64,000 nt of DNA from Phoronis australis (Eukaryota > Animalia > Phoronida): NCBI GenBank assembly GCA_002633005.1, contig NMRA01000174.1:576853-640852 (forward strand), read 5' to 3'. Each line of letters begins with the position of its first letter. Positions within the stretch are counted from its first letter, which is position 1. The notes below the pieces were generated by a model. It was not told where the DNA came from. It worked only from the letters and a program-made list of their open reading frames with translations, and searched no databases. Shown here piece by piece: positions 27,601-39,743 of the stretch. A program made the position numbers and the translations under genes.

Positions 27601-30600
27601 AAGGGAAGAACAATACATTGCCCACCCAGCACTGTTATTTGCACTTTTTTCAGTTTCTTGTTTAATATTGCTACTCAAAATGCAATATTATTATACAAAT
27701 TTGCCTGCATTAAAATCCTGTTAAATCACATAACAATTAGGATATGAGTTAGTGGCCAGTACATTTGCATGTGGTCAAGTATGACAAATGCTTGACATAC
27801 ATGTGTTGCATTGTGGGTGGACAGGCCTGTTAATTTTGAAGGTCACGAGTGATAATCAATCTGAATGATTGAAACTTGCTATTAGTGTAATCTGAACTCA
27901 TGATTGTATCTCATAATGCAATTTTGTCATGAAAAATTGTCCCAAGTAGCCAGCACATCTACTCGGGATGGTTGAAATTCCTGAGCAATCAGCAAGCTTT
28001 TGTTCAACAGATGACATGCGATATCATGCCTCTGCACAATAAACTGATAGGGCTTAGGTAAGAGTTGCCTTACAAAGTATGATGTTTGTTATTTTCAAGT
28101 TGATCATAATAGCATGGCTAGTTTATAGTCCGTGAAGTACCTATAAGAGTACATCACAGCCACTTTGCGTAATGGCTTTGTCTTGTTTTTAATCCAGTCG
28201 TCGTCTAAGTTTGGTACTGATTAACCTTTGACCTTTTTCCCTGTTAGGTCACATCTTGGATGACAGTGACTTGGTTCACACCCTTCAGAAAAGTAAATTG
28301 ATGTCTGCTGAGATTAAGAAGAGAGTGAAAGAGTCGGAGGAAACTGAGAAAAACCTAAATGTAGCAAGATTGAAATATTTGCCTGTAAGTTTCTGCCCAA
28401 ATATGTATCAGTTAGAGACTACAATTCTTATAGTCATTGTACTATGCCATTTGGATAGCGTTGGAGAGAGACTCAAAACTATATCTCTTACTGTTTAGTT
28501 AGTAACAGTAAGGTTTAAAGTGAAGCTCCATTTTTATATAGTAAACCTCAATCTGGTACCACAATGCCATTTGTCGGTAACACAAAATACCAGAGGGTAG
28601 TGTGAAATGTCTTTTTCTTGGAACAAAATTAGAATGTAAGACAACTAATAAGTTTAACATTATTTCACCTAAATTACAGTTTTTGTGAAAACTTGTGACA
28701 GTTTTTAAAACCATACATTATTTTTTCAGGTTGCCACCAGAGGTGCTGTGCTGTACTTTGTTCTTTCTGACCTGGCCAACATCAATGTCATGTACCAATT
28801 CTCGTTGCCATGGTTCCAAAAGATGTTCACCACCTGCATTGACCTGAAGATTGAGAAACCTCTCATCCCCTCTGGCTCTGTAATCCTTGCTGGCACGCTT
28901 CGGCCGTCAATGGCGAGAGACAGCCCTGATTTGATCCGTAACCAAAAGAGGACCCTGACACCAGCGAATGATGATATCGAGGAGCTGAACCGTAGAATGA
29001 CGGAGATGATCCATCGGTTGACGTGGAACGTGTTCCGCGTGGTGTCTATAGCGGTGTTCTCGCACCACCAGCTGGTCTTCTCCTTCCTAATGTGTTCCAG
29101 CATCATGCAGGCAAAGGCACGCTATCCGGACAGTATCGGCACCATAGGCCGCATTGAGGAGAAGGAGTGGATGGTGTTCCTGCAGGGCAACATACTGGCT
29201 AGTATGCTGGATGAGAAGACTATAGAGAAATATGATGGTGAGAGCGTAGTGCTTACTGTGTGAATATGAGGGCTAATGTGTACTTGAATGGATGAGAATA
29301 TCATGGTAATGGCTTCAATGTGGTAGGGTTAATATGGCATCGTTGAATTTTTTGGTAACTGGAGATGAGGCCCAGAGTATCTTTTGTTTGAAAAATATCC
29401 CATTTTATCCTAGGTATTTCAAGTCTTCAACACTCCTTTCCAAAAAACACTGTTTGTTTCCTTTCGTCTAATTTTGCAGTGTGTTAAACAGTAATACTGA
29501 TCCAAACACTTAAGGTCTGGCATGAAGCAGCATTTGGAGTTTTGAGATCTTTTTAATGAACTTTTCTTGAGTTCTCATGATTAGGCGTCATGGCAAAGTT
29601 TAATAGATCCAAGCTAAGGACAAAGCATTGTTAGTTTGAGTTTGATTATTGGTATGACATCAAAATTATTGTTCAAGAATTGTGTGTGACATGTCATGTA
29701 AAGCGAAATGCTATTATTGTTATCAAGTGGGGAACTTTAATGAAACTCAAGTGCACCTTAAAATCAGTTGTGATCACCATGAAGGACACTGGTTGTAAAA
29801 TGTACTTTCTTATGATAACCACCAGTGTTTGTTGGATTCAGGATTGTCTCCAATGCAGCGTCTTGAGGTGGAGAATACTGGTAAAGAGATCTTGCGACCG
29901 ACGTGGATCACGGACAGTATGTGGAGTCAATGTCAACATTTGGAGAGTCTCATGGAGTCATTTGAATATTTGTGTAGGAGTTTGATGAATTACAGGCAGC
30001 AGTGGGATAAGTTTGCCTCGACAGACAACCCCTATCATCTACTGGCTATAGAGTGGAGCCATGATATGGTTCCAGGTGTGTTGCCTCTTTGGAGTTTAAT
30101 ATGCAAAAACTAGGACTTGTCACAACATCTTTGTTGACTTTGTGTAATCTCACCAAAAACTGAAAAGATAGTGGTGACATGTCATGCATTTTGTGTTCAG
30201 GCTCACGATCTTTATCTGAAATCTCAAAATATTATTTATGATAGTCCTAAAAAAATTTCTTTCAACTCACATCCAAAAAAATCTGCAAATCTTGTTCAAC
30301 TGTATTTAAGATAGGGCTGTATTGTAAAAAGTGGAGGAATAACTTTCAGCAGAAAATAAACAAAATTTGAAGTTTTTTGATTGATAATTATTGTCAATTA
30401 TTTACAGCCAAGTAAATGTTTTTTTGATTTCCTGTGCAATTTTTTACATTAATATTTCTCAAAGTTAGATAAATTTAAACAAAAACTACTCTATCTTAAA
30501 ATGGAGATGTCTATTCATCCAGATAAAATATTTTTAAGTAGTTCAATCTATTTCTCACATCAAACATTTTGGAAAAAGTCAACTGGGCTGTTTCCAGAAT

Positions 30601-33600
30601 TTTTGAACAAGTCTAAATAATTCTATGATCTTAAGATATGTATGGAGTTAAAATGATGTTAAACTTTATGTATTGTCAAGTTTTTTTTACTAATTATGCA
30701 TCTCATTTCTGATGTTTATCCCTTAATCACGTGTCAACCACTTATTTCCATTACTTATCATTGGAAGTGCTCTTAACGCCCCCTTCAGGTGAAGAAGATC
30801 CTGATGAGAAGGAAATCTTCCACTGGGAGGCGCTGACTCGCTTCCAGCGTCTGCTGCTGATCAAGGTCCTTCGACCAGACATGTTGAATGCATCGGTCCG
30901 TGTGTTTATTGAGGAACAAATGGGAGAGAAGTATGTCTCACACGGGAACATCGATCTGCGCGACATCTTCAAGGAGACCAATGCCAAGGGGCCGATCATA
31001 TTTTTGCTTGCACCAGGTGTGTCACTCATTGGCAACATTTGCTTTGGATACAATATCTGGACTCTGTTGTATTGCGTTGGGTTTTTAGGAGGATTCCAAT
31101 TTTGAAGCTAGTTAATGAAGTGTTACATTATATTTTGTGTAATATTTTGAACATTAAATGGGATAAATAAATTGAGTGGTCAATCCAGGTAATGTAGAGG
31201 ACTGAAACTCTTTTGGTTGGTGGTTATGTTAAACAATCAGTCATTCAGTCTTTGGAATCAAGACTGTAGGCACATTATACAAATTTGACAGGAGAGTTTT
31301 TAAAAATTCTTTCTCTAGTGCTCTATAAACAGTTTTAAACTGAAAGTTTAAGTCTTTTGCTTTGACTTTGGCCATTTCAGTTTGCATTTGGTAAAAATTA
31401 TGCTTAGGGGAATTAGTATTATTGTGAATCCCAAACATCATTAAGAACCATTTTACTGTAGAATGTCTGCTAAAGTGTCACATTGATGACATTTTGTTTG
31501 TTTCCAGGTTCTGATCCAGCCATGCAATTGCTGCGGTTTGCAGAAGAATTCCGTGGTAGTGCCCTCCACCTGGACATGATCTCCCTGGGACGGGGCCAGG
31601 GCCCCAAGGCAGAGGAGCTGATAGCCAAGGCTCAGATCCTGAAGGGCCGCTGGGTGTTCCTTCAGAACTGTCACTTAGCTGCCTCATGGATGCCCAGGCT
31701 ACAAAGTGTGGTGGAGAAGTAAGTGGTGGTTCTTCTCTTGACATTATAATTTCTTTGTCACAGACAGGATATTAGATGGCACTTGGTGTGTGGTCTTTCC
31801 CTACAGTTGTTGCGTAACTCACCTAAAGTGTAGGTCATGCTTTCCCAATTAGCATTCTTTGCAAGGAGTTTTGAAATTTTTGCTCAAAACATTTGCGAGT
31901 TGTCGAGGGTTACAAAGCATTATTTTGTTTCAGAGACCTAGATGGGAACATCGTTTTTAATATCTTTTAATAGGCCAAAACCGGGTTTGGTACCCGTTTA
32001 ATTGTTAACACATTCGACGTTTTAACACCGTATCCAGTAGCCTGGACTGATTTGTGTAGAATTATGTATTACGTAAAACCATGCATTGGAAGGAAATTCA
32101 TCCTCTTGAACTTTGTTAGCAACAAAACTATGTTTGTAAGTGTCAGTGTTTTTGAAAATTTACTTTCTCTACTCATATATAATCATGGTTAATTGCTATG
32201 CTCTTCTGTTATGTTCACGACCAAAGATTGAGTAACAAAAGTAGACAGGCTGAGGGTGATATTGAAACAACTTCCAAGTTTTCTTATTGCTCATCCAGTC
32301 TGAATACATTTTGTTTTCACTTTCAGTTTCAACAAGCCAAATTCAGATGTCGACCCACAGTTCCGACTGTGGCTGAGTTCAAAGCCAGACTCCAGCTTTC
32401 CAATAAGCATTCTGCATGCTGGACTGAAAGTAAGAAGCATGCTCTGTTCGTAGACTTACTTAAAGTACACAAACCATGAATGACATTTTTTGTTTCTATT
32501 GTCTATTAAATGATATTTATTGACCAAAAGGCATTTAATTGAAGAAAATTTAAGAAATGCTGTCAGACTAGGCCAATGAGCATAGTTGATTTTGGTTTGT
32601 GTTCTAAATCATTTTGAGACCTGCACTCACCGAGCAAAAAATGCCCACCTGCATCAATTTCAGTCAAGGTTGTTGTTTTGTATTAAAAAAATAATCACAT
32701 CAATTTTGCTTCTCAAGTGGATTTTCTTCTTTAAAATGTGAGCAATTAAAAATATCCACCAGCGGCTCTATTTTCAACAAAAACCGACAAGAACCAATTT
32801 ACATTATAGTTTTTGGCATTACTGTAACTTGTAATCAAAAGAGTAATTGTTATAATTGTTTGATTGACAGATGACTGTTGAGTCTCCCAAGGGGCTGAAG
32901 GCCAACATGTTGAGGCTATACTCGCCTGGCTCACTGCTGGAGAAAACATTCGATGACCTGCAGGCGGATTCCTACATTAAGAACCTTCTGTTTGGCCTGT
33001 GTCTGTTTAACAGTGTGATTCATGAGAGGAAGAAATACGGAGCGCTGGGATGGAACATACCCTACGAGTTCAACGAGTCAGATTTAGAGGTAGACTTGCA
33101 ATGTAATCTGTTTGTGTTCTATGTATTGTTCTCTTATTGTGATATTTAATTTAATTTATTTTACTAATGAGTTATCATTTAATCATTTAGTAGACTTTGA
33201 GTGCCTATGTTTGGGTATAATGGAAAATGTCAGTGAATTCGCTACAACTTAATTCTGTGTTTTTAATTATTTTCAACATCTGTCCCTGAAAAACATATTG
33301 GTAAAATAGGTCTGGAGTAAATTCGTACAGAGATTACAAACTTGGTGTTAATGGTTTAAACTTTCAGTTGTAAATTTTAAAAATACCAAAGAACCCAAAA
33401 CATACAGTGTTTAGAGTTTTTATCTTTTGTACTGTTGTACAAGGTTTATCAATGTGTTTTTGTTCCTGTTTTGCCTATTATTTGCCTGGTAATGTCTGAC
33501 TGCAGAATTCATATCTGGAAAAACTATCAGCAACTACAAATCAGATACTACCTAGGGACTGCTTCTCAAAGAGTCTATTGTCTTTTGACTAAAAGTCAGT

Positions 33601-36600
33601 CTAAAGAGGGTCTAATCTTGTTTTAGTTAAGGCTAAAAGTCAGAAGGCAGAAATTTTTAGCCTACTCATGAGCAAACTTGAAGCCAAAGAAAAACACCAA
33701 AAATCAACTTTTGGTTTTAGTCTCTTTGAGAAACAAGCCCCTGGTGCAACAAGTATTGACAAAAGTTTAGGAATAAAGCAGAAGTCCACTGAACTGTCAT
33801 ACACTTATTTGATCTATTTCTCCAGGTCTCCATCTTGACTCTGAAGATGCTGGTTAGTGATGGCGATAGTGCCGACACTTTCATCCCCTGGGCGGCGCTA
33901 CGGTATCTGACTGGTGAGGTGAACTATGGCGGACGTGTGACGGATGACTGGGACAGACGATGCTTGCATTGTCTGCTTGGCAAGTTCTACACGCCTGATG
34001 CACTGGGGGCTGATTACACCTACTCATCAGATAAGGTGACATTAAAACTGCTGTAAATTTAAGTCAACTTCTGTCAAAAAGACATTCAATTTTTATTAGG
34101 AATACTACTTACTGTTGCAAAACTTACCTCAAGCCGTTCCTGACTAGGCTAGGAGCGATCTTGGGAAGAACTTGTTGGTTTTTACTTGGAAGTTATGCTT
34201 AGGGCATAAAATGATCCTTTATGTCTTGTTGGCTAATTGAGCCTGATTTTGAGCGATAACGAAGTTGCGGTTTTTGCTCGTCCGGCCAGAAATCACTTAT
34301 TTTTTGAGTAAGCAACAATCTGAGGTCAGTTTTGCAGAATAGCTGGAAAAATGAATTGAAATAACTTCAATTTGTAATTAATGCATGAACATGTATAAAT
34401 GCCGTCCAAATCATGGGATAGTTATCAAGTAAATAGGCATGCTTTTCTGTACACATAACACTCTCCCAGTGACAAACTGAACGTCTGAAAGCGCAAACCG
34501 CAAAATTGACTTTTATCACCAGCTTCAGATACTGAGAAAAGAGTTGTCTGTTGTGATAGCATTGCTGCTGTTTTTACTAATACGTGACCACACAATAGAA
34601 CTTTTGATTAGCTAAATACCACTTGTCTAAAGTATGCAAAAATATACGAGCATGGGAGCTCATCATAATCAAGTTCTTTCTTGCAGATTTATCATCCTTT
34701 GCCAAAGACGTTTGAGTTTAGTGAATACCGTGACTACATCGGGGGCCTCCCTACCTCGGACACGCCACAAATCTTTGGCATGACTGACAATGCAGAGAAG
34801 GCATTTCTTGAGTCGGAGGCTAAAGAGTTCATTGATATTCTTGTTAGTGTTCAACCTAAGATGTCGGTCCAAGGACTCATGGGGTAAGTGGCTGATCTCT
34901 CAGTGAGTCACTGAAACCTTTTGTGTATTGTTTGCTATGTGGAATTAAAATGTGTGTCCCAACATCATGAAGTGCAGTTTGAGAATTTAAGTTAATTTAA
35001 GAGATTGTTTGCAATAATATTCCTGGTCATTTTAATGTCCTACTGATTCAGACAAACCAGAAATAGTGTTTTTCTGTGTTGTCAATACCAGACAATTGTG
35101 TTGAAGTCTTGAGCTTTATTTGATAATAGTCAACAAAAATTGTAATGATTTTCATTAGTTTCCCATAAACATTGAAATTATTTTTTGTTGGTCCATTGAG
35201 TAAACAGTTTTTCTATATGACCTGAAACATTCTAATTGTCAAATGAGAATTGATTTCTTAGACAGTGTTTATTCCTGATTGATATCTCACCATGTCCTTC
35301 TAATGCTTTTACTTTACATTTTGTAATGGGATGAGGCTCATTGATTGAGGGCCTAAATACGGTGGAATTTTTTTTCCGATTGTTCACCTTTGTAGGCCCA
35401 AACTATTTCAAAGTGAGATGAAACAAGTTGATGCACATACCAAACATTGCCACTGGGCCCCATCTCGAATATAATGCAAGCATAAAATTTGAAGTGTTCG
35501 CTCAGATTTTAATTATACATTAACTGGCATTACTTATCCTGGGAAATGCAAAATCGGAAAAAAGCAAGACTTGCCGGGAACACGCATGTCCCAATAATAT
35601 AATCGTTTGATTAGACTCACTAGTTGTGAGTCTCAGATCTGTGCACGTGCAATGTCTAATTTTGGTAATTGTGTGACATGGCTTTCTACAGAGCTGGCAA
35701 GAGTAGTGATGACCTAGTGCTGGAGATTGTGTCGGACATCAGCTCCAGTCTACCTGAACAGGTGGAGGAAAGTGACGATGAACCACGCCAGACTCTGTCT
35801 CAGATTTTACGCCATGGGCCACGCATGTCCAACAAAAAGGACAAGAAAGCAGCGGGTAGGAATAAAAGGGAACTTAGTACACGTAACTGATTTGTCGTGA
35901 GGATGGTGATAAAAAAACTATAAGTGTTTGAGATTTTCACAGTTATTCAGCACTGTTCAAATCACTGGTTGAGATCTGAAAAGCTTTTCATAATGAAAGG
36001 TACTCGTGAGACACTAACCGTAACAAACATTTTTGGCTTTCGGAATGGGAAAACTGACTTTATTCCCATAATTCAGTATTCTAGCCTTGTCCAATTGCTT
36101 CAGTGGCTGCCATTTTGCTAGTCTACACTCGCATGACTTAGCATGGTCTTGCATAATCTCACCAAACTCTCCACAAACTCATTTATTGGAATGCACCCTT
36201 GGCTTATGTGGATGATCATACTTTTTTACTACACATGTTTTATTTAAACTTCACTGGCTCAACATTTCTATAGGTTTCGATGAATGGTTGGTTTCCCGAT
36301 ATTCAATACACCTATTTCTTCACCAGGCACTGAAGAATTAAAACGTCCGGAAGACATTGCTCAGCGCTTACAGAGGTCTGCACTTGTCACCTTCCTTCGT
36401 CAGGAGATCGACCGTTACAACAAACTGCTTGCAGCCATACACAAGTGCATCAAAGCACTGACACCAGCCATCAAGGGAGAGAAGGTGATGTCAGACTTCC
36501 TGGAAAGTGTCTACAACGCCATTCTCAGTCAAAGAGTGCCCACTGAGTGGCAGGTATGTGACATGTTGTACTGTTTCTTTGGTTATATGTCTTCTTGAGA

Positions 36601-38861
36601 AAACTTGTGTGTTGACAATGTGCATCTAAGTCGGTTTAATTGATTGAAGAAGTATACTAAGGTTAGAATTTAGAAAATGATTTTCGCTTTCAAATGACAT
36701 GCAGTGCAATGTTGTATAATTATGCCAATATAATAATATACTATTCATGAAAGAAGTGGACGAAATACTATGAGTCAACCCTTCTCTTTCTTCAGCAAAT
36801 TGCTTATGAATCTCGTAAACCTCTCGGTGCCTGGATTCGTGACTTGATACAGAGGATTGACTTCTTCTCACGCTGGTCAGACCAAGTTGTCACATCTGCA
36901 GAGTATGAGCTGAGGGGACCTCCCAAGGTGGCCGTCACCGAGGAAATGAATGTCGAGCCCGTGCGCGAAATGCCCAGGAGTTTCTGGTTGTCTGGGTTCT
37001 CCTTCCCGCAAGGTTTGTTCAAGACCCTGAACTGTGATGCTGTATTTTTATTTAGATCAATTATGGTAACATATGGATGCAATTACAACTATCCTTACAG
37101 CCCACGCCACCTTGTGGCATTACAGGGAGGATGTGACATCAACCTATCACTATCACTGATGGCATTGTTTGACTTGACATTACGGTCATGCATTCTTCAT
37201 CATGCTGACGACACAAGATTTCCTTTTACTTCATAGTTAAAATTTTTGAAATGTTTTAATTTCTTCTCAAGTCAAATATCTCAAAGAGGATAGCCTCTTT
37301 GAAGGACTGTGCTTTTACATTACTGTTTTCCTACAACTCAGGATGTGAATAGTAAGTGACCTCCTGACTCAATGTTTTCACTGATAAATACTGTCGAGCA
37401 GACTACTTAAGTTTAGTTAATGATCATGTTTTTAGGATTCCTGACGGCAGTGCTTCAAAACCATGCACGGAAAGCTGGAGTGTCTGTTGATTCATTGGCA
37501 TTTGAGTTCAAAGTGAACACCAGCAAGCAAGACAGTGATTTGTCCTTGAGTGACATCAAGCACGGACCGAAAATTGCCGACCACGGGTTTAAGGTATTGA
37601 CTTATGATCAAATGCATCGGTTCTTCTTTCTGAATGTCCTATGAAATCTGGGAGGTGATGCCTCTCAAAGAAACTCTTTGGCATGGGTGGAGCCAGAAAC
37701 TGGGCCAGGTTATCAACCAATTGATATGTTTGTAAGGGTTACACAAGATCCCTCGGTTATTGCTAGCCATCTTGTTGAGAGTTATTTGTAATGAACAATG
37801 AGAAGCCATACCACAGTTGCTTCATGAATTCATTCAAATGGCAATATCTGACCAGATAAGCTTTTAAAAAAATATTTAAGACTGGTGGTGTGTTGTGGAA
37901 ATTTGTTGGGATGACCACACAAGAATTGGTTTTGACAGAAGCCTAACAATCTTGCCACCTGGTGCCTATATTAGCCAGGTGCAAAACTTAGAGCTTGTGA
38001 ACAGATTCCTTTATACCTAACTTGTTGTTTGCTCGTCTTTTAGGGCCCAAACCCACCTTCAGATGGCGTTCTGGTGTTTGGCCTCTTTCTGGATGGTGTA
38101 AGGTGGGACCCTGAGAAACAGTGTCTTCAGGATTCTCTGCCAGGTCAAAGGTTTAGCCGTCTACCTGAAATACACTTCAAGCCCATTCAGGTTTGTCAAC
38201 ACGTCTTATTAATTTTGTTTTGAGGAAAAATAATTCAAGTTCGTTCTAATTTACTGGACTGTGTTATAAGCTGTATTTTTGAAAGTCTTAAATTGAGACC
38301 TATAAAAGAAATAGTGTTTGAACTTGATATCGTATTTAACGGGTTGACGTTTATTTTTAAGCATCAATTTGTTAACTTGTCGTTATCAAGTTTAGTAAAT
38401 GCCTTAAAGTTTGGTTTTAGTTTTTAAATGTCTGCCTCCATGAAGCTGAGAAATAACTAGTTACAACTCTATGATTAGTTTTGATGGTCAGAAGTAAACG
38501 TGTCTAATCTTTCATCTGATTTTATTTGTGAGGACCTGTGTAGGAATGTGAGATATTAATTATATTAATTTTATATTGGTTATTATCTTTTAAACTTGCA
38601 CAGGTTTTGAATAAGAAGCCATCGTCCACTGCCACCTCCCTCCAGGTGACGCCACTGAACTCCCGTCCAACGACCAGTGAAAGTATCCACTACCTGTACA
38701 GTTATGAGTGTCCTCTCTACAGAACATCTGCTAGAGCCGGCACACTCTCCTCCACAGGCATATCCACTAACTTTGTCACTGCAGTCAACTTGCCATCTGA
38801 ACACCCACCGGAATTCTGGGTAATGAGAGGTGTCTCCCTCTTGTGTCAGTTGGATGACTAA
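650..38861 (+). CDS. DNAH14: Axonemal dynein heavy chain, DNAH14-like (5'-partial; AAA2-AAA6, stalk/MTBD, C-terminal domain)
   Basis: 42 GT-AG exons with matching phases give 8385 nt (~2794 aa) ending in TAA at 38859-38861. Exons: 650-886, 1345-1683, 2325-2580, 2932-3106, 3441-3679, 4223-4498, 4949-5125, 11224-11402, 11942-12159, 12772-12991, 13281-13451, 15253-15423, 16739-16828, 17461-17658, 18224-18385, 19218-19838, 20433-20527, 20890-21049, 21759-21890, 22668-22763, 23532-23672, 24092-24307, 24658-24776, 25230-25341, 25676-25797, 26853-26982, 27349-27463, 28248-28384, 28730-29237, 29842-30075, 30789-31016, 31508-31718, 32327-32429, 32871-33089, 33826-34035, 34687-34883, 35692-35855, 36327-36553, 36796-37012, 37436-37593, 38044-38190, 38604-38861. 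Dynein identity is certain from the motifs. DNAH14 rather than DNAH6 rests on recalled signatures: GESGVGK..KHGTVLG insertion, PRLLKHF, and the GLDGTGK AAA4 P-loop. Confidence 0.9.
1345..1683 (+). CDS. DNAH14: Dynein heavy chain exon, AAA2 ([34 protein letters not shown]...[14 protein letters not shown])
   Basis: Canonical dynein AAA2 motif. Acceptor ttgcag| and donor ATG|gtaag. Confidence 0.95.
4949..5125 (+). CDS. DNAH14: Dynein heavy chain exon, AAA3 Walker A (GESGVGKS) and start of the AAA3 insertion
   Basis: P-loop GxxGxGKS in frame with the preceding PVLLTG exon. Phase 1-1. Confidence 0.93.
6512..6529 (+). CDS. DNAH14: Candidate 18-nt microexon of the dynein gene (K/E-PRKNK)
   Basis: tttttcctcag|AACCAAGAAAAAATAAAG|gtaact. 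Phase 1-1 and open, inside a phase-1 intron. Confidence 0.65.
7259..7276 (+). CDS. DNAH14: Candidate 18-nt microexon (D-AEKSS)
   Basis: tctcctcttcag|ATGCAGAAAAAAGTTCAG|gtaact. Phase 1-1 and open. Confidence 0.65.
8690..8731 (+). CDS. Weak candidate 42-nt cassette exon ([14 protein letters not shown])
   Basis: Long T-rich tract ending tttccttag|. Phase 1-1 and open, but the donor |gttggt is weak and the peptide is atypically hydrophobic. Confidence 0.3.
8872..9385. mobile_element. Non-autonomous TIR element with TTAA target duplication (Kolobok-like)
   Basis: ttaa|GGTTACGCAGGACCCT ... AAGGTTCCACACAACC|ttaa. Imperfect ~16-bp TIRs starting GG, with TTAA on both sides. Confidence 0.55.
9601..9624 (+). 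CDS. DNAH14: Candidate 24-nt microexon (D-SDDSEFP)
   Basis: tgtgttttgtggttag|ATTCAGATGACTCAGAATTTCCAG|gtagta. Phase 1-1 and open. Internal CAGs give in-frame 18- and 9-nt variants. Confidence 0.55.
11098..11142 (+). CDS. DNAH14: Candidate 45-nt cassette exon ([15 protein letters not shown])
   Basis: ttctttgcag|AGTATG...TACCTTG|gtatgt. Phase 1-1 and open, with an 81-nt intron to exon 11224. Confidence 0.55.
11942..12159 (+). CDS. DNAH14: Dynein heavy chain exon, AAA3 Walker B ([24 protein letters not shown]...[17 protein letters not shown])
   Basis: Highly conserved axonemal dynein AAA3 motif with canonical splice sites. Confidence 0.96.
14058..14084 (+). CDS. DNAH14: Candidate 27-nt microexon (LGSTREETA)
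   Basis: tgtgttcaccag|CTGGGTTCAACTCGTGAAGAAACGGCG|gtaggt. Phase 0-0 inside the phase-0 intron 13452-15252, and open. Confidence 0.55.
14542..14657. repeat. Minisatellite, 4 x 29 bp
   Basis: Unit ttaagatgatgtcaYgatatgtgcactKS starting at 14542, 14571, 14600, 14629. Confidence 0.9.
14812..14986. mobile_element. Degenerate MITE with CCC-G-run termini
   Basis: Left end ccccggggag(12)ctctcct, right end aggaagagaaccttggg. Same terminal design as 53898-54195. Confidence 0.35.
15584..15997. mobile_element. Old palindromic MITE-like remnant
   Basis: Degenerate inverted ends (taagctgtgtttac / gtggatagcactta) and recurring internal ccacac/ccacat and caagttg motifs. Confidence 0.3.
16902..16983. repeat. 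Perfect 41-bp tandem duplication
   Basis: taacttccaattgatcgtttttgcacaagtcaattgaccct occurs twice (16902-16942, 16943-16983). Confidence 0.93.
17461..17658 (+). CDS. DNAH14: Dynein heavy chain exon, AAA4 P-loop ([11 protein letters not shown]...[12 protein letters not shown])
   Basis: In frame with the upstream exon ending [12 protein letters not shown]. Typical AAA4 sequence. Confidence 0.94.
18659..19089. mobile_element. MITE (~430 bp, ~50-bp TIRs, CWG termini; PIF/Harbinger-like), copy 1
   Basis: Left cagagcctggttgcatgaaacagtcccaaaataaggactcaactaagttacc versus right ggtaacttaatagttgagtccctatttgggactgtttcatgcaactgggcacag. A second copy lies at 59433-59819. Confidence 0.8.
19218..19838 (+). 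CDS. DNAH14: Dynein heavy chain exon, end of AAA4 and start of the stalk coiled coil
   Basis: [37 protein letters not shown] and GLSKLSEA motifs. Confidence 0.96.
21229..21527. repeat. Diverged tandem duplication, 2 x ~140-155 bp
   Basis: Shared blocks caatttaRttttgRtggtacaaatattttat, acttctctgYcac, aaYtggtgagattttacc, gaattcat and gtaaacca occur twice in the same order. Confidence 0.8.
23209..23463. repeat. Degenerate ~20-bp minisatellite (ttcattagctccaccctttt)
   Basis: About 12 imperfect units just upstream of exon 23532. Confidence 0.8.
30310..30495. mobile_element. Short TTAA-flanked TIR remnant
   Basis: ttaa|gatagggctgt ... actactctatc|ttaa. TIRs are short and imperfect. Confidence 0.35.
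33552..33743. mobile_element. Short MITE (~190 bp)
   Basis: Left ctagggactgcttctcaaagagtcta versus right tagtctctttgagaaacaagcccctgg (inverted). Confidence 0.55.
38604..38861 (+). CDS. DNAH14: Dynein heavy chain terminal exon ([25 protein letters not shown]...[14 protein letters not shown])
   Basis: Characteristic C-terminus of single-headed inner-arm dyneins. Confidence 0.96.
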   Translation, partial: VLNKKPSSTATSLQVTPLNSRPTTSESIHYLYSYECPLYRTSARAGTLSSTGISTNFVTAVNLPSEHPPEFWVMRGVSLLCQLDD

Positions 38862-39737
38862 ATTTGAGTCACTATTGTTTTTAGCTTACACAAAGATGTG
38901 AAATGCTCAAGGTGTCTTCAACTTAAGATGGGGTTACGTTTTGTTGAGAGTGCAACTGTTATTTGAAAATATTGAAGTCATTTCATCTTAGTGGTTTGGA
39001 AATAAATGACAAAATCTTGGCAAACCTCTCTAGAATTCACCTTAACGCGAAGGATTACGTCTTCATGTTGGCCTGCACCACTGACAATACAGTGCAGGAC
39101 AACCAGCATTTAGCACTGGGTAACATAAAAGTGTTAGTAATTTCAGACTAAAATAGTTGCCAAAATTAATCCTTTTATATTTGAAAGGCTTCTAAGTTTT
39201 AGTGAATCCCCATTATTTTTCAAAATATCGTCAAATGGTAGCTGTGCTGAGGAATTTGATGTGGTGACATTGTACCATCAATAAAGGTCAATTGGACTGA
39301 TGTTAAGTTGGGGACACAGTGTCTTTCATATTCAGAGAAAGCTTTATGGTCAATTTACTTTTCGAGGAATAAATGCTCATTTTGTATTTAGAAAAATTCA
39401 ACGATTCAGAATTGTTTTATTCAAGGTATTTGTTTGTTCATGAATTGGCAGTCGTACAGACCAACACCATGTAAATAAATTAGTGGATATTGTTGATAGC
39501 TCAATGTAAATATTGTATTACAGATAGCTCAGATAAAATATTTTTACCTTTATCAGTTATTTATTGACAAAGAATTATTTTACATTGCACATTCCATCCA
39601 ATTTTTGTGGTTAATTGCTGCTGAAATCCATATATTATATTCTTGTTAAGTAATACAGTTTTTGAATCATACTTTTATTATTGTTGTCATTGTTTTGTAA
39701 TCAGTTTTGTATGTTGTGCAAATCATTGTGTATTGAA

Positions 39738-39743
39738 AATAAA
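39738..39743 (+). terminator. Candidate poly(A) signal of the dynein gene
   Basis: AATAAA after a TGTA/T-rich stretch and before a T-rich tract, close to where base skew flips from T/G-rich to A/C-rich. Other AATAAA hexamers exist upstream. Confidence 0.35.

Noticed and set aside
28726-29106. Antisense ORFs over dynein exons (also 1368-1589, 19233-19815, 30751-31053, and 53474-53845 over PDCD2)
   Set aside because: These are shadows of GC-richer coding exons with no independent protein features.
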